A DNA stretch of 64,000 bases from Acetomicrobium hydrogeniformans. Its GTDB lineage: Bacteria; Synergistota; Synergistia; Synergistales; JAFGMB01. The first letter of the stretch is position 1; every line of letters begins with the position of its first letter. The translations under genes were made by a program, and so were the position numbers. Where the stretch lies: the NCBI GenBank assembly GCA_016841745.1, contig JAENYO010000002.1, positions 422,729-486,728 of the forward strand, written 5' to 3'. Below are positions 1-9,921 of this stretch, in pieces. The notes beneath the pieces are model-generated. The model was not told the origin of the DNA. It saw only the letters and a program-made list of their open reading frames with translations, and ran no database searches.

Positions 1-2
1 GC

Positions 3-233
3 CCCGGATTTATAAAGGCGATCCATGGGCCTGTCCCCCATGCCAACATAATGCCCACTGGGGGCGTCTCTCCCTCCAATGTGGAGGAATGGCTTAAGGC
101 AGGAGCCTTTGCTCTCGGGATGGGTGGAGCCCTCACCAAGCCGGAGGGAAAAGAAGGAGACTATGAGGCTGTCAGAAAAACATCAGAGCTTGTTGTCAGC
201 AAAATTGCCGCCTTCAGGGCAGACAACAGTTAA
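3..233 (+). CDS. eda: KDPG/KHG aldolase, C-terminal part (5' end outside window)
   Basis: Frame open from position 3: PGFIKAIHGPVPHANIMPTGGVSPSNVEEWLKAGAFALGMGGAL, matching the Eda PTGGV...EWL.AGA..GxG signature. Confidence 0.85.
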   Translation, partial: PGFIKAIHGPVPHANIMPTGGVSPSNVEEWLKAGAFALGMGGALTKPEGKEGDYEAVRKTSELVVSKIAAFRADNS

Positions 234-372
234 TGAAGGGAAAAGATATGCCGAAGCATGTAACCTCTGGGATCATAAAGATAAATGGTGAGGGAGAAAG
301 AGAGCTTTTTGACTCCCTTTTCTCCATACCGGAGGACGAAAGTCTCTGATTTGAAAATTGCCATGGTACTTT

Positions 373-404
373 AAAAGGGGCTCCCCGTGAAGGGAAGCCC
401 CTTT
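373..404. terminator. GC-rich hairpin between convergent genes
   Basis: aaaggggctccc...gggaagcccctttg, imperfect inverted repeat flanked by A/T runs. Confidence 0.5.
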
Positions 405-583
405 GCTTTGGTAATTATTCCGACTTTCCGTCCATAAATCACAACGACAAGTATGAAGTAGAGCAGTATAAGTGGAACCATCCCCTTGCTAAAGGGGGAG
501 GGGATAATACTATTCTTGATCGGGTCGCGAAGGGGACCGATGGGAATGATTTTTTCTGTCAATAAAAATGAACTCTAAGATTC

Positions 584-1858
584 TTAATGGTTCGAAAGAA
601 GTTCTCCTATAACCTGGCTCAGAAGTTTTACTCCTTTTAAAAGAGCGGTCTCGTCGAAATCAAAATATTCGTTATGATGACCAGCGGTAATATCAGCACC
701 CAGCATTATGTATGTAGCCTTGCCTCCTTTTTCCTGGACCCGCTTCATCATCCAGGCAGCGTCATCGCTGCCTCCGAGTTCGGCAGACTTTTCAACTTCA
801 TTGAAATCGTCCATCCTGGAAGCTGTTTCCACTACAATGTCTACCAGTTCTTCATCACTTGCGGTTGTGATGGATTCACCTTTTTTGTATATTCTAAATT
901 CGACTTCGTACATGGAAGCACTGGATTTCGCAATGGTTGATGCTCTTTTGAACATATAGGTAGCAATAGTTTCAGTTTCTCCCCTTGTTTCAGCTTTCAG
1001 CAGGGCATTGGGAGGGATTACGTTCCGACCTTCTCCGGCTTTGAGGATACCCACATTGATCCTGGAAACCCCGTCCCGGTGGGGAGCGATGGCATGCATG
1101 TTCAGAGCTGCATTTGCTGCGGCGAGAAGGGCGTTATGCCCTTCATTCGGAGCTGCCCCGGCATGGGCTGAACGGCCATGATATTCAACATCGAACTTGG
1201 TAGTGCAAAGAAAACCCGAGGAACCTCCCACAACCTTCCCAGTGGGGAATCCCATCCCAAGATGGATGGCCAGGAAGTAATCTGAATCATCAAGTATTCC
1301 CTTTTCAACTATGGCTTTTGCCCCGCGGACACCCTCTTCGGCAGGCTGGAATATCAGTTTTATGATACCCTTCAAGGTTTCTTTCTTGTTAACGAGAACT
1401 TCAGCTAGGCCCAGCCCCATGGCGGTATGTCCATCATGGCCGCATGAATGCATGGCCCCGGGATTAACGGATGAAAAGCCTTCTTTAAAGGGACGGTGTT
1501 TTTCATCCTTTACCTCATTGACTTCTACTGCGTCAATGTCAAACCTCAATGAAATTACTGGGCCCGGTTTTCCGGTATCGAGAATTCCAAGAACTCCCGG
1601 AAAACCATTCATTCTATCGATCCATTCCTTTCTAGCTCCCTGTTTTAATGCTCGGTCGGTCTGTTCGGGTATGGAGTTTTCATCCCGTCCCATAACGGCA
1701 GATTCCTCAATAATCTCTCTTCCTGTCATAACGGCATAGCCCAGTTCAGAGAGCCTTTCTGCGATCAGTGAACTGGTTCTGAACTCGAACCAGCCCGGTT
1801 CGGCATGTTTATGAAGATCCCGTCTTAAAGCTGTCATCCAGTTCTGTAATTTTTCCAT
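584..1858 (-). CDS. M20D-family amidohydrolase (AbgA-like)
   Basis: RRDLHKHAEPGWFEFRT, LRFDIDA, MHSCGHDGH, FQPAEEG, GGSDDA, GHH motifs. Confidence 0.9.
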   Translation of the reverse strand: MEKLQNWMTALRRDLHKHAEPGWFEFRTSSLIAERLSELGYAVMTGREIIEESAVMGRDENSIPEQTDRALKQGARKEWIDRMNGFPGVLGILDTGKPGPVISLRFDIDAVEVNEVKDEKHRPFKEGFSSVNPGAMHSCGHDGHTAMGLGLAEVLVNKKETLKGIIKLIFQPAEEGVRGAKAIVEKGILDDSDYFLAIHLGMGFPTGKVVGGSSGFLCTTKFDVEYHGRSAHAGAAPNEGHNALLAAANAALNMHAIAPHRDGVSRINVGILKAGEGRNVIPPNALLKAETRGETETIATYMFKRASTIAKSSASMYEVEFRIYKKGESITTASDEELVDIVVETASRMDDFNEVEKSAELGGSDDAAWMMKRVQEKGGKATYIMLGADITAGHHNEYFDFDETALLKGVKLLSQVIGELLSNH

Positions 1859-1860
1859 GT

Positions 1861-3066
1861 TTATTCTCCAACCTCCTCCAGAACATCCAGGGCTACCTGG
1901 CAGAGATATTTCACTCCAAAGGGAAGAGCTCTTTTATCCGGGAGAAACCTGTTGTTATGAAGTTTCGGGAATTCTTCCGCGGGTTTATCCTGAGGTCTGC
2001 AGCCTACCCATACGAAGGCAGAAGGGATCTTTTCGCTGAAGAATGCGAAATCCTCTCCTCCTGGATTGGGCATGTCGATTTCATATAACCCCTTTTCTCC
2101 AACTATCTTTTTGATCGTATTTCGAGCTATGGCAGTAATTTTCGGATTGTTCATTACCGAGGGGTATCCCCAGCGGTAATTGACTTCACATGTACCTCCC
2201 ATCGCTCTGACCGTGCCTTCAACTGTCTCTTCTATTCTCCGGGCAAGCAACTTTCTTGTTTCTGGAGCAAAAGTACGAACTGTACCATCCAGTTCAACCC
2301 TGTCTGCAACTATGTTATAGCGTGTTCCTCCTGTTATTTTTCCGATGGTGATCACTGCAGAATCCAGGGGACTTACATTTCTTGATATGAGGGTCTGTAG
2401 CGAAGATATAGCCTGTGCTGCTATTACCACAGCATCTATGCCGAATTCTGGAGTAGCTGCATGGGTGCTTTTCCCGGATATGGATATCTGTAGCCTGTCG
2501 GATGCAGCTGACATTATCCCTTCCCGGATACCCAGTTCGCCTGTTTTAAGGGTTGGCCAGATATGGACACCAAGAATGGCAGAGACTTTTGGGTTTTCAA
2601 GGACACCGTCTCTTATCATTCCCGGCGCACCTCCGGTGGGACTGCTTTCCTCAGCCGGCTGAAAAATGAATTTTATGGATCCCTTTATCTGGTCTTTAAT
2701 TTCAGAAAGGATATGAGCTGCCCCTAGAAGCATTGCAGTATGGGTGTCATGTCCGCAGGCGTGCATCACACCCTCATTTTCAGAGGCAAAACTGCAACCA
2801 GTTTCTTCCTGAATCTGCAAAGCATCCATGTCTGCTCTCAATGCTATGACAGGACCAGGATTATTTCCCTTGAGAACACCTACGATTCCTGTTCCTCCAA
2901 TACCTGTTTTGACTTCCAGGTCCAGGGATTTAAGAATATCTCTCACTTTTCCGGATGTCCTGACCTCTTCATAACTTGGTTCCGGGTGGCGATGGAGATC
3001 TTTCCAGTATTCCAGGTATGTGTTCCGGTACTTCTGTTCAAGGGTTTCTATCAGGTCTTGAAGCAC
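1861..3066 (-). CDS. M20D-family amidohydrolase (N-acyl-amino-acid hydrolase-like)
   Basis: LHRHPE, LRADMDAL, MHACGHD, FQPAEE, GGEDF, LHN motifs; GTG start after aaggagg RBS. Confidence 0.92.
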   Translation of the reverse strand: MLQDLIETLEQKYRNTYLEYWKDLHRHPEPSYEEVRTSGKVRDILKSLDLEVKTGIGGTGIVGVLKGNNPGPVIALRADMDALQIQEETGCSFASENEGVMHACGHDTHTAMLLGAAHILSEIKDQIKGSIKFIFQPAEESSPTGGAPGMIRDGVLENPKVSAILGVHIWPTLKTGELGIREGIMSAASDRLQISISGKSTHAATPEFGIDAVVIAAQAISSLQTLISRNVSPLDSAVITIGKITGGTRYNIVADRVELDGTVRTFAPETRKLLARRIEETVEGTVRAMGGTCEVNYRWGYPSVMNNPKITAIARNTIKKIVGEKGLYEIDMPNPGGEDFAFFSEKIPSAFVWVGCRPQDKPAEEFPKLHNNRFLPDKRALPFGVKYLCQVALDVLEEVGE

Positions 3067-3269
3067 GTTGAAACCTCCTTAATAAATGCCCTCTGAAAAA
3101 AATTCAATGCAGATATTGTGATAGACAGAACGCTCTATTAATCAATTCTAACGACTATCATCTGAAGGGCCAACCTTACAGGTTGTTCAAGGAGACATAC
3201 AGAAGATGTATAACAATTTTTAATGGGAAAACATGTTAAAGAGTTAAGATAAGATTCGTGCCCAGCAGG

Positions 3270-3989
3270 TCATTTTTTGACCTTCTTGATGATTTTTTCC
3301 AACCCGTACATAAGATGGGCTTTCATTGTTTCTGCAGCTTCCCTGGGTTTGTGTTTTTTGACCAGGTCCACTATCTGGCGGTGTTCTACCATCATCTTAT
3401 CCCAGTCCTCATCCTTGAGGTCCAGATATTCGTGTCTTTGAGCATCTATCTCGCTCCTTATGGAACGGAGAAGTCTCAATGCAAGCTTGTTGCCTCCTAT
3501 CCTTGCTATGGTTTCATGAAAATCGGAATGGTATTTGAGGTTTTCTTCATTCTTGGGATGGATTTTTTCTTCACTATCGGTACTTCGGAGAAGGACTTCT
3601 TCCAGCTCCATTATGTCATCGGGGGTAGCTCTCTCGGCAGCCCAGTAGACATTCTGGCTTTCCAGCATGATACGTATCTGCATGAGTTCCACCCACGAAG
3701 AGTTATCGAAAAGGTAGTTCATAAGTTCAGTGTTGGTGATCTTTCTCAGAGCATCTTCGGAGATAAATGTTCCCTGGCCGGGTCTGGAATCTACAATACC
3801 AAAAACAGCAAGAGATTTAGTTGCTTCTCTTATGCTGTTTCTTCCGACTTCGAACTGCTCGGCCAGTTCCATTTCACTGGGTATCTTTTCTCCAGGAGTC
3901 CATGTTCCGTCTTTAACGGCTTCAAGCATCTGTTTCAGAACTTCCTGGTAGAGGGTTGTTCTGCTAGCTGGTTTAATCATTGAGATCAC
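3270..3989 (-). CDS. FadR/GntR-family transcriptional regulator 1
   Basis: wHTH PGEKIPSEMELAEQFEVGRNSIREA plus FCD domain (FH...EH..I); divergent from TRAP operon 1. Confidence 0.92.
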   Translation of the reverse strand: MISMIKPASRTTLYQEVLKQMLEAVKDGTWTPGEKIPSEMELAEQFEVGRNSIREATKSLAVFGIVDSRPGQGTFISEDALRKITNTELMNYLFDNSSWVELMQIRIMLESQNVYWAAERATPDDIMELEEVLLRSTDSEEKIHPKNEENLKYHSDFHETIARIGGNKLALRLLRSIRSEIDAQRHEYLDLKDEDWDKMMVEHRQIVDLVKKHKPREAAETMKAHLMYGLEKIIKKVKK

Positions 3990-4105
3990 CTTTTCTGACT
4001 TTTAACTAAGATAATATATAAAAAGATTAAAAAAAGAAAGCAAAAAATCTAACAGGTCAATATCTGCCGCCTCAAGAGAGTATACAGTATCCATTGTTTA
4101 TGTTG

Positions 4106-4134
4106 TTGACACTCTCTTCTGACTTGGATATTAT
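4106..4134 (+). promoter_or_regulatory. sigma70-type promoter for TRAP operon 1
   Basis: TTGACA-17 bp-TATTAT. Confidence 0.6.
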
Positions 4135-4299
4135 AACAGATAATCCAAACATCCTACATTAGGATTATTTGAATACAGTATATTCTTATCTCGGGCACAA
4201 AGTCTATCCTCAGGGACTTTTTGATTTTGATAAGACCCTTTTCAGCTAACCAGATAGCGGAAGATTTAAAATCCATGTAATTTAAAGGAGGGAGTAGTT

Positions 4300-4845
4300 T
4301 TGCTGGGAGATAGCAATGGTTCAGGCTTACTGGACAAGGTAGAGACAATCCAGCATGTTCTTTTGTTTTTCCTGATGATGCTGGTAGCCATTCTTGTTTT
4401 TATCCAGGTTCTTCTGAGATATGTTTTTAAAGCCCCGTTGATGGGGATAGAGGAAGTTCTTCTATTTCCTACGGTATGGCTTTATTTCATTGGAGGAATG
4501 AACGCTTCATGCGAGAGAAGCCAGATCGTCGCTCGTGTACTTGAGGTTTTCGTAAAAAAAGAAAAAACCATATTTTTTATCCGCACCATAGCATCAATTC
4601 TTGCTTTCGGGGTAGTTTTCTGGCTCACTTACTGGGGTTGGGATTTCTTCAAATATTCCATGAAAATGCAGAAAGAAAGCGCGACCCTTTACATCCCCCT
4701 TATTTATTCGGAGTCATGTGTTTTCATAGGTCTTGTGGTGATGTCCTTCTATACCTTCCTGGAGATCTTCCATAACCTGAGAATCTTTAAGTATGGCGGA
4801 GGTCATGAAGTGCTCGAAAAAGAACTGGAAGGAGGAGAGATCTAA
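4300..4845 (+). CDS. dctQ: TRAP transporter small permease
   Basis: Four TM segments, QVLLRYVF...EE motif; TTG start after ggagggag; adjacent to dctM and dctP. Confidence 0.9.
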   Translation: MLGDSNGSGLLDKVETIQHVLLFFLMMLVAILVFIQVLLRYVFKAPLMGIEEVLLFPTVWLYFIGGMNASCERSQIVARVLEVFVKKEKTIFFIRTIASILAFGVVFWLTYWGWDFFKYSMKMQKESATLYIPLIYSESCVFIGLVVMSFYTFLEIFHNLRIFKYGGGHEVLEKELEGGEI

Positions 4846-4846
4846 A

Positions 4847-6151
4847 ATGATGGGTACAGTCGCACTTGCACTGCTTGTTCTTGTTGTCCTTCTGACCCTT
4901 GGTGTTCCCCTTCCTTTCTGTTTCGGAGGAGGCCTCATGTTCATGAGTATTGTCGGCGGGGCTACAATGAAGGGCATGATGCTCTGGGGCCTGGGTCAGA
5001 TAACCAACCCGGTGCTGCTCTGCGTTCCTCTTTTTATCTTTGCCGGGACCCTTATGAGTGAGAGCGGTATAGCGAAATACCTTCTGGATTTTGTCAATGT
5101 TTTTGTGGGAAGTAAAAGAGGAGGCCTTGGTGTCGTTGCCTCCATCAGTTGTGCCATAATAGGAGCCATTTCAGGAAGCGGTTTTACAGGGGTAGCAGCT
5201 ACAGGACCGATCCTCATTCCCAGGATGGAACAGGAAGGTTATCCTCGTGGCTATGCAACGGCTCTTGTAACAAATTCCTCAATTCTTGGTCTTCTCATCC
5301 CTCCCAGTGTTGTCATGATAGTCTATGGCTGGGTTACTGAGACATCCATCCTGGCCTGTTTTCTTGCAACCGTGGGGCCAGGTATCCTTGTGACTTTCCT
5401 CTTTGCTGTTATCAACCTTGTATGGTCCAGGAAGTTTGACCTGACCATAGAGCCCAAACTGCCGATGAAGGAGAAACTGGTCCAGATAAGGACACGTACC
5501 TGGATGGCTCTTCCTGCCCTTATGATGCCCTTCATTATCCTTGGCGGGATTTACGGCGGAATAATGACTCCTACTGAAGCTGCTGCTGTAGCTGTTATAT
5601 ACTCGATCCCCGTTGGATTCTTTGTATATAAGGGACTTAATGCCAGGAACTTTTTCAAGATCGCCTGGAGTTCTGCCACTTCTGTCGGAGCCATCATGGT
5701 GATGATCTTTTTCTGCCTGATGCTAAGTCAGACCTTTGTAATGATGAGGGCACCACAGGCAATAGTCCAGCTTCTCTTCGGAGTGACCCAGAACAAGATA
5801 ATTCTTCTTATACTCATAAATCTTCTTCTTTTCTTTGTGGGTATGATCGTCAATGATATAACTGGAATTATCCTCGTAGCGCCTTTACTGTTGCCCCTGG
5901 TTCAGGCTATAGGAATAAGTCCCATACATTTTGCTGCGATCATGGGTGTAAACCTTGCCATGGGTGGTGTTACCCCGCCCTATGCGAGCATTCTGTATCT
6001 TGGAATGAGAATCGGGAACGTGGAATTCATGGATATTATAAAACCTGCCATGGTTCTCCTACTGCTGGGCTATGTTCCGGTAGTATTCCTGACATCTTTC
6101 TGGCCTGGACTCTCAATGTTCCTTCCCACTCTTCTCGGATTTGTCCATTAG
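4847..6151 (+). CDS. dctM: TRAP transporter large permease
   Basis: PLFIFAG.LM, GAISGS, LIPPS, TPTEAA, TPP motifs; start moved to ATG 4847 behind ggaggag. Confidence 0.93.
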   Translation: MMGTVALALLVLVVLLTLGVPLPFCFGGGLMFMSIVGGATMKGMMLWGLGQITNPVLLCVPLFIFAGTLMSESGIAKYLLDFVNVFVGSKRGGLGVVASISCAIIGAISGSGFTGVAATGPILIPRMEQEGYPRGYATALVTNSSILGLLIPPSVVMIVYGWVTETSILACFLATVGPGILVTFLFAVINLVWSRKFDLTIEPKLPMKEKLVQIRTRTWMALPALMMPFIILGGIYGGIMTPTEAAAVAVIYSIPVGFFVYKGLNARNFFKIAWSSATSVGAIMVMIFFCLMLSQTFVMMRAPQAIVQLLFGVTQNKIILLILINLLLFFVGMIVNDITGIILVAPLLLPLVQAIGISPIHFAAIMGVNLAMGGVTPPYASILYLGMRIGNVEFMDIIKPAMVLLLLGYVPVVFLTSFWPGLSMFLPTLLGFVH

Positions 6152-6311
6152 TTCCCAGCTCAGAGCAAGCTGAAATACCTGAAAGTAATGTGTAGCATCG
6201 GAGTTTCTGTTTTTAAGAAAATACCTTTTTGTTTAGAAAAGTTCATACAGTTCTTCTTTCAGGAGAACTATGAAAAAAAGATAGTACCAAATCAAAAGGA
6301 GGCGACAAGAA

Positions 6312-7319
6312 GTGAAAAAGTTTGTTCTGTTTCTGACCATCATTGCCCTGGTCTTCACCATGGGAGCCGCAGGCACCGCTGATGCAAAACCGAAGTATGT
6401 CTGGAAACTTTCCCATGTCCGTCCCCAGGGGACAACCATTGACAACGACCTTACCTGGTTCGCTGACAAGGTTATGAAAGATTCTGAAGGCAAGATCAAG
6501 ATCGATATTTTCGCCGCCAGCCAGCTTGGAGACTATACAGTGGTCCATGAGAGGATCAGTGTAGGAGCAGTAGATATGGCCTGCCAGCCCCCAGGAGTTG
6601 CCGCTGACAAAAGGATTCAGATCCTGAACCTCCCCTCACTTGTGACAAACTGGGAAGAGGCCAAGACTGTCTATGCTACAGGCAGCGTGCTTATGGATAC
6701 AGCGGCTGAACTTTTTGCCAAACAGGATATCAAGTATCTTGCTGCTTATCCCGTGTATTTCGGCGGTATAGCCCTCAAAGCAGATCCTGTTTCTCCCGGA
6801 GATCCCGATGTCAAGAAGGGCATAAAAGTCCGTGTTCCTCCGATGAAGTCCTTCCAGCTTCTCGCTAACGCTCAGGGTTACCAGGCTACCCCCATACCCT
6901 TTTCAGAGGCCTTTACAGCCATTCAGACTGGTATTGTCGACGGAGTCATAGGTTCCGGAGCAGAAGGTTATTATGCTAACTTCAGAGATGTCATCAAATA
7001 TTACATTCCCGCCAATACCCACTTTGAGCAGTGGTATCTGTACATGAACATGGAAACATTCAATAAACTCCCGGATGATCTCAAGAAGGTAGTCCTTGAT
7101 GTTGCTGCTGAGTTTGAAGCCCGCAGAATGGTGCAGGCAGAAAAAGATCAGTCTGCAAATGAAAAACGCCTTGAGGATTATGGTGTGAAGGTTGTAACCC
7201 TCAGCAACGAAGAGCTTGCTGCCATAGGTAAAAAGGTCCGAGCAGAAGTATGGCCCGAAATGGAGAAGGATCTTGGTGAAGAATGGGCCAAATCCATTCT
7301 CGACAAAGTAGTTCAATAG
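6312..7319 (+). CDS. dctP: TRAP substrate-binding protein
   Basis: Signal peptide; KVRVPP with the carboxylate-binding Arg; A.QTG.VDG motif. Confidence 0.92.
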   Translation: MKKFVLFLTIIALVFTMGAAGTADAKPKYVWKLSHVRPQGTTIDNDLTWFADKVMKDSEGKIKIDIFAASQLGDYTVVHERISVGAVDMACQPPGVAADKRIQILNLPSLVTNWEEAKTVYATGSVLMDTAAELFAKQDIKYLAAYPVYFGGIALKADPVSPGDPDVKKGIKVRVPPMKSFQLLANAQGYQATPIPFSEAFTAIQTGIVDGVIGSGAEGYYANFRDVIKYYIPANTHFEQWYLYMNMETFNKLPDDLKKVVLDVAAEFEARRMVQAEKDQSANEKRLEDYGVKVVTLSNEELAAIGKKVRAEVWPEMEKDLGEEWAKSILDKVVQ

Positions 7320-7334
7320 AGTCCTGAAATCCGA

Positions 7335-7364
7335 GAAGGGGAGCAGATCTGACTGCTCCCCTTC
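7335..7364 (+). terminator. Stem-loop after dctP (terminator or mRNA stabiliser)
   Basis: gaaggggagcag-6 nt-ctgctccccttc perfect 12-bp stem; weak U tract. Confidence 0.6.
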
Positions 7365-7515
7365 ATATATGGAAGGTAATGGTATTTTCTCAAAAATTTT
7401 TTCTTCGAAACAAATCTAGGATCTTCGGAAATTAGGATAAGAAAACTTTTATAATTCCAGTATTTTAATGAGAAGTACAAAATCGGGCCTTATTTATCGG
7501 AAGGAGGAAGTCAAA

Positions 7516-8601
7516 TTGAAATTTGCAGTTCTCGGAAGTGGTAATGGAGCCAGAGCCTGGTGTGCCCAGATAGCAGCCAAGGGTCATCCTGTAATGATGT
7601 GGGAACCCCTTGAGTCTACGGAAGATTATCTGAAACTGAGGGAAGAAAAGGAAATGTACCTTGAAGGTGATATTCAGATAGGCGGTAAACTTGCCGGAGT
7701 TACCATGGATATCGAAGAGGCCATGGATGGAGCCGATTTTCTTCTGGTGATTGTTCCTTCCTTTGCCCATGAACCTATTTTCAGGAAAATGATCCCCCAT
7801 CTCAAGGACGGACAGAATATTGTTGTAGTACCAGGAAACTTTGCCGGGTTCCGTTTAAGGAAAATGATGAAAGATGCAGGAGTAGTAAAGGATATCACCA
7901 TATCTGAAACTGCTTCCATGCCCTATGCCTGCAGGATAGATACCTATAATACAGTCATGATCTTCAAGAGAAAATTTGAGATGAAGATGGGAACTTCTCC
8001 CCAGTCCAAAAATGCAGAGATGTGCGGAGTCCTTAATGATGTTTTTGAGGGTTACGTGAAATATCTTCCTGCTGAAAACCTTCTCGAAGTAGACCTTGAT
8101 AATGTCAACTATATACTTCATCCATTCCCGGTCCTTTTCAACTACGGCGAAATAGAGAAGAACGGAAAGACCTATATGCACTATATGGATGGAATTACTC
8201 CGGTTCTTTCTGAAAAGATGATGAAGATGGATGAGGAGCGCATGGCCATAGGAGCAAAGCTTGGGCTCAAACTGCAGGATTGCCTTTCCCAACTCAAGAT
8301 GTATTATGGACATAATGATACTGAAACCATCTATGATTTTGTAAACAGCGATGATTCACCCTATAAAGATCTTGTTGGTCAGAATATCAAAGGCCGTTAC
8401 ATTACGGAGGATGTTCCCGGTGTTGTTGTTCCTGCCCTTCAGCTTGCAAAGAAAGCTGGTATGGAAGTTCCAATAGCCGAACTTGCAGTGAAAGTAGCTT
8501 CTTTCCTCCATGATACGGATTATGTAGAAAAAGGGACTAACCTTGAAAGCCTTGATATAGCGAACCTCTCTATCGAAGAGATCGTAAAAATGGTTTCGTA
8601 G
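7516..8601 (+). CDS. NAD/NADP octopine/nopaline (opine) dehydrogenase family, copy 1
   Basis: Rossmann GSGNGA, VPSFAH, PYACR, N.ILHP, RYITEDVP motifs; TTG start after aaggagg. Confidence 0.9.
   Translation: MKFAVLGSGNGARAWCAQIAAKGHPVMMWEPLESTEDYLKLREEKEMYLEGDIQIGGKLAGVTMDIEEAMDGADFLLVIVPSFAHEPIFRKMIPHLKDGQNIVVVPGNFAGFRLRKMMKDAGVVKDITISETASMPYACRIDTYNTVMIFKRKFEMKMGTSPQSKNAEMCGVLNDVFEGYVKYLPAENLLEVDLDNVNYILHPFPVLFNYGEIEKNGKTYMHYMDGITPVLSEKMMKMDEERMAIGAKLGLKLQDCLSQLKMYYGHNDTETIYDFVNSDDSPYKDLVGQNIKGRYITEDVPGVVVPALQLAKKAGMEVPIAELAVKVASFLHDTDYVEKGTNLESLDIANLSIEEIVKMVS
7519..8601 (+). repeat. 1,083-bp direct repeat, copy A (partner 22626-23708)
   Basis: Same protein from KFAVLG to the stop; overlapping antisense ORFs translate identically; spot-checked nucleotides are identical. 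Confidence 0.93.
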
Positions 8602-8656
8602 GAGTTATTCCAAGGCTACGTATCCAGAAATACAATAATTTTCGGACTCAATGTGT

Positions 8657-8709
8657 AATAAGGTCTCGCCTGGATTTATCGCTCAGATAAATCCAGGCGA
8701 GACCTTATT
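8657..8709. terminator. Perfect 24-bp inverted repeat / terminator after opine dehydrogenase copy 1
   Basis: aataaggtctcgcctggatttatc-gctca-gataaatccaggcgagaccttatt, followed by tcttgtt. Confidence 0.75.
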
Positions 8710-8833
8710 TCTTGTTCGTACAATGCGGCTTTGAATGTCTTTCAAAAACTGATTTTATTAAGAGTATCCAGGGGTAAGTATTTATGGATAATTATCCAGA
8801 GTTCAGTTATATTTGTTCAAGGAGGGTGATGAA

Positions 8834-9712
8834 ATGAAAAAACATTTTTTGAATCATCTTAGAATTATTACGGTTGCAGAAGACTCGGTTACTTATGGCA
8901 GTGACCTATGGGGGCAGCATGGAATATCATTTTTTCTGGAAGCTACAAATGAATCCAGCACACAGAACATTATTTTTGATGTTGGGCAGAATTACCAGGC
9001 TCTTAAACACAATATGGATGTCCTCGGAATAAACGTCCAGAAAATAGATGCCGTTGTTTTAAGTCATTCTCATCGGGATCATACAACCGGACTTGTTCCT
9101 CTTTTGCAAGATGTTGGAAAAACTAATGTTCCTATTATCGCGCATCCGGATATTTTTCATAGTAGCTTTATAATAGAGCCCTCTTTAAAATATGCGGGAA
9201 TGAGAGAAAGGAAAGATCTTATTGGTTTGAATGAGGGGAGGTTCATCCTGACCTCAGATCCGCTTTCCATATTGCCAGGACTCTCTACCAGTGGTGAGAT
9301 TCCAAGGATAACTGATTTTGAGGACCCAGGTCTTGCTCTTTATATGATTCGAAATGGAAAACTTGTTCAAGATAAAGTCTTTGACGATATGTCTCTTGTC
9401 GCGAACGTAAGAGGAAAAGGGATAATTATTCTTACAGGTTGCAGCCATGCAGGAGTGGTAAATATCGTAAAACAGGCTTTAACCCTCTTTCCAGGAGCTC
9501 CTTTAGAGGGAATTGTAGGAGGTTTTCATTTGGTAGATGCTTCAAGAGATAAGATCAACAAAGTTATTGATGCCCTGACGGAATTTCATCCACAATGGAT
9601 TTCAGCCGGGCACTGCACGGGTTTTGAGGCGCAAATGGCTTTGGTTGAAAAGTTTGGTTCCCGGTTCACTCCTTTACATTCGGGAAGCATTTTTGATATT
9701 CAAAGTCAATGA
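8834..9712 (+). CDS. MBL-fold metallo-hydrolase (dihydropteroate-synthase-like MBL subgroup)
   Basis: QHGIS, FDVG, SHSHRDH, TGCSHAG, GGFHL, GHCTG motifs. Confidence 0.85.
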   Translation: MKKHFLNHLRIITVAEDSVTYGSDLWGQHGISFFLEATNESSTQNIIFDVGQNYQALKHNMDVLGINVQKIDAVVLSHSHRDHTTGLVPLLQDVGKTNVPIIAHPDIFHSSFIIEPSLKYAGMRERKDLIGLNEGRFILTSDPLSILPGLSTSGEIPRITDFEDPGLALYMIRNGKLVQDKVFDDMSLVANVRGKGIIILTGCSHAGVVNIVKQALTLFPGAPLEGIVGGFHLVDASRDKINKVIDALTEFHPQWISAGHCTGFEAQMALVEKFGSRFTPLHSGSIFDIQSQ

Positions 9713-9810
9713 CCAGACAAATATTTTAAGGTGGTAATGGAAAGGTCTATTCGAATTGTCCATAGAAATATGATCATGAAAAACAACTTGTCACTTCTCT
9801 CTTGAGAAAA

Positions 9811-9844
9811 AAGAAGGAAGGAAACAAACATTTCCCTCCTTCTT
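9811..9844. terminator. Probable bidirectional terminator between convergent genes
   Basis: aagaaggaaggaaa...tttccctccttctt with A-tract on the left. Confidence 0.55.
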
Positions 9845-9921
9845 GAATGTGCTTACCTTAATGTTCCCTTTGTGTTGGGTCGAAATTGGAAAACTATCAT
9901 TACAAACCGTGTTTGGCCTTT

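Noticed and set aside
3258-3983. 241-aa plus-strand ORF, and similar long shadow ORFs (36429-37112, 43224-43874, 53802-54434)
   Set aside because: Antisense to well-supported genes, with no motifs of their own.
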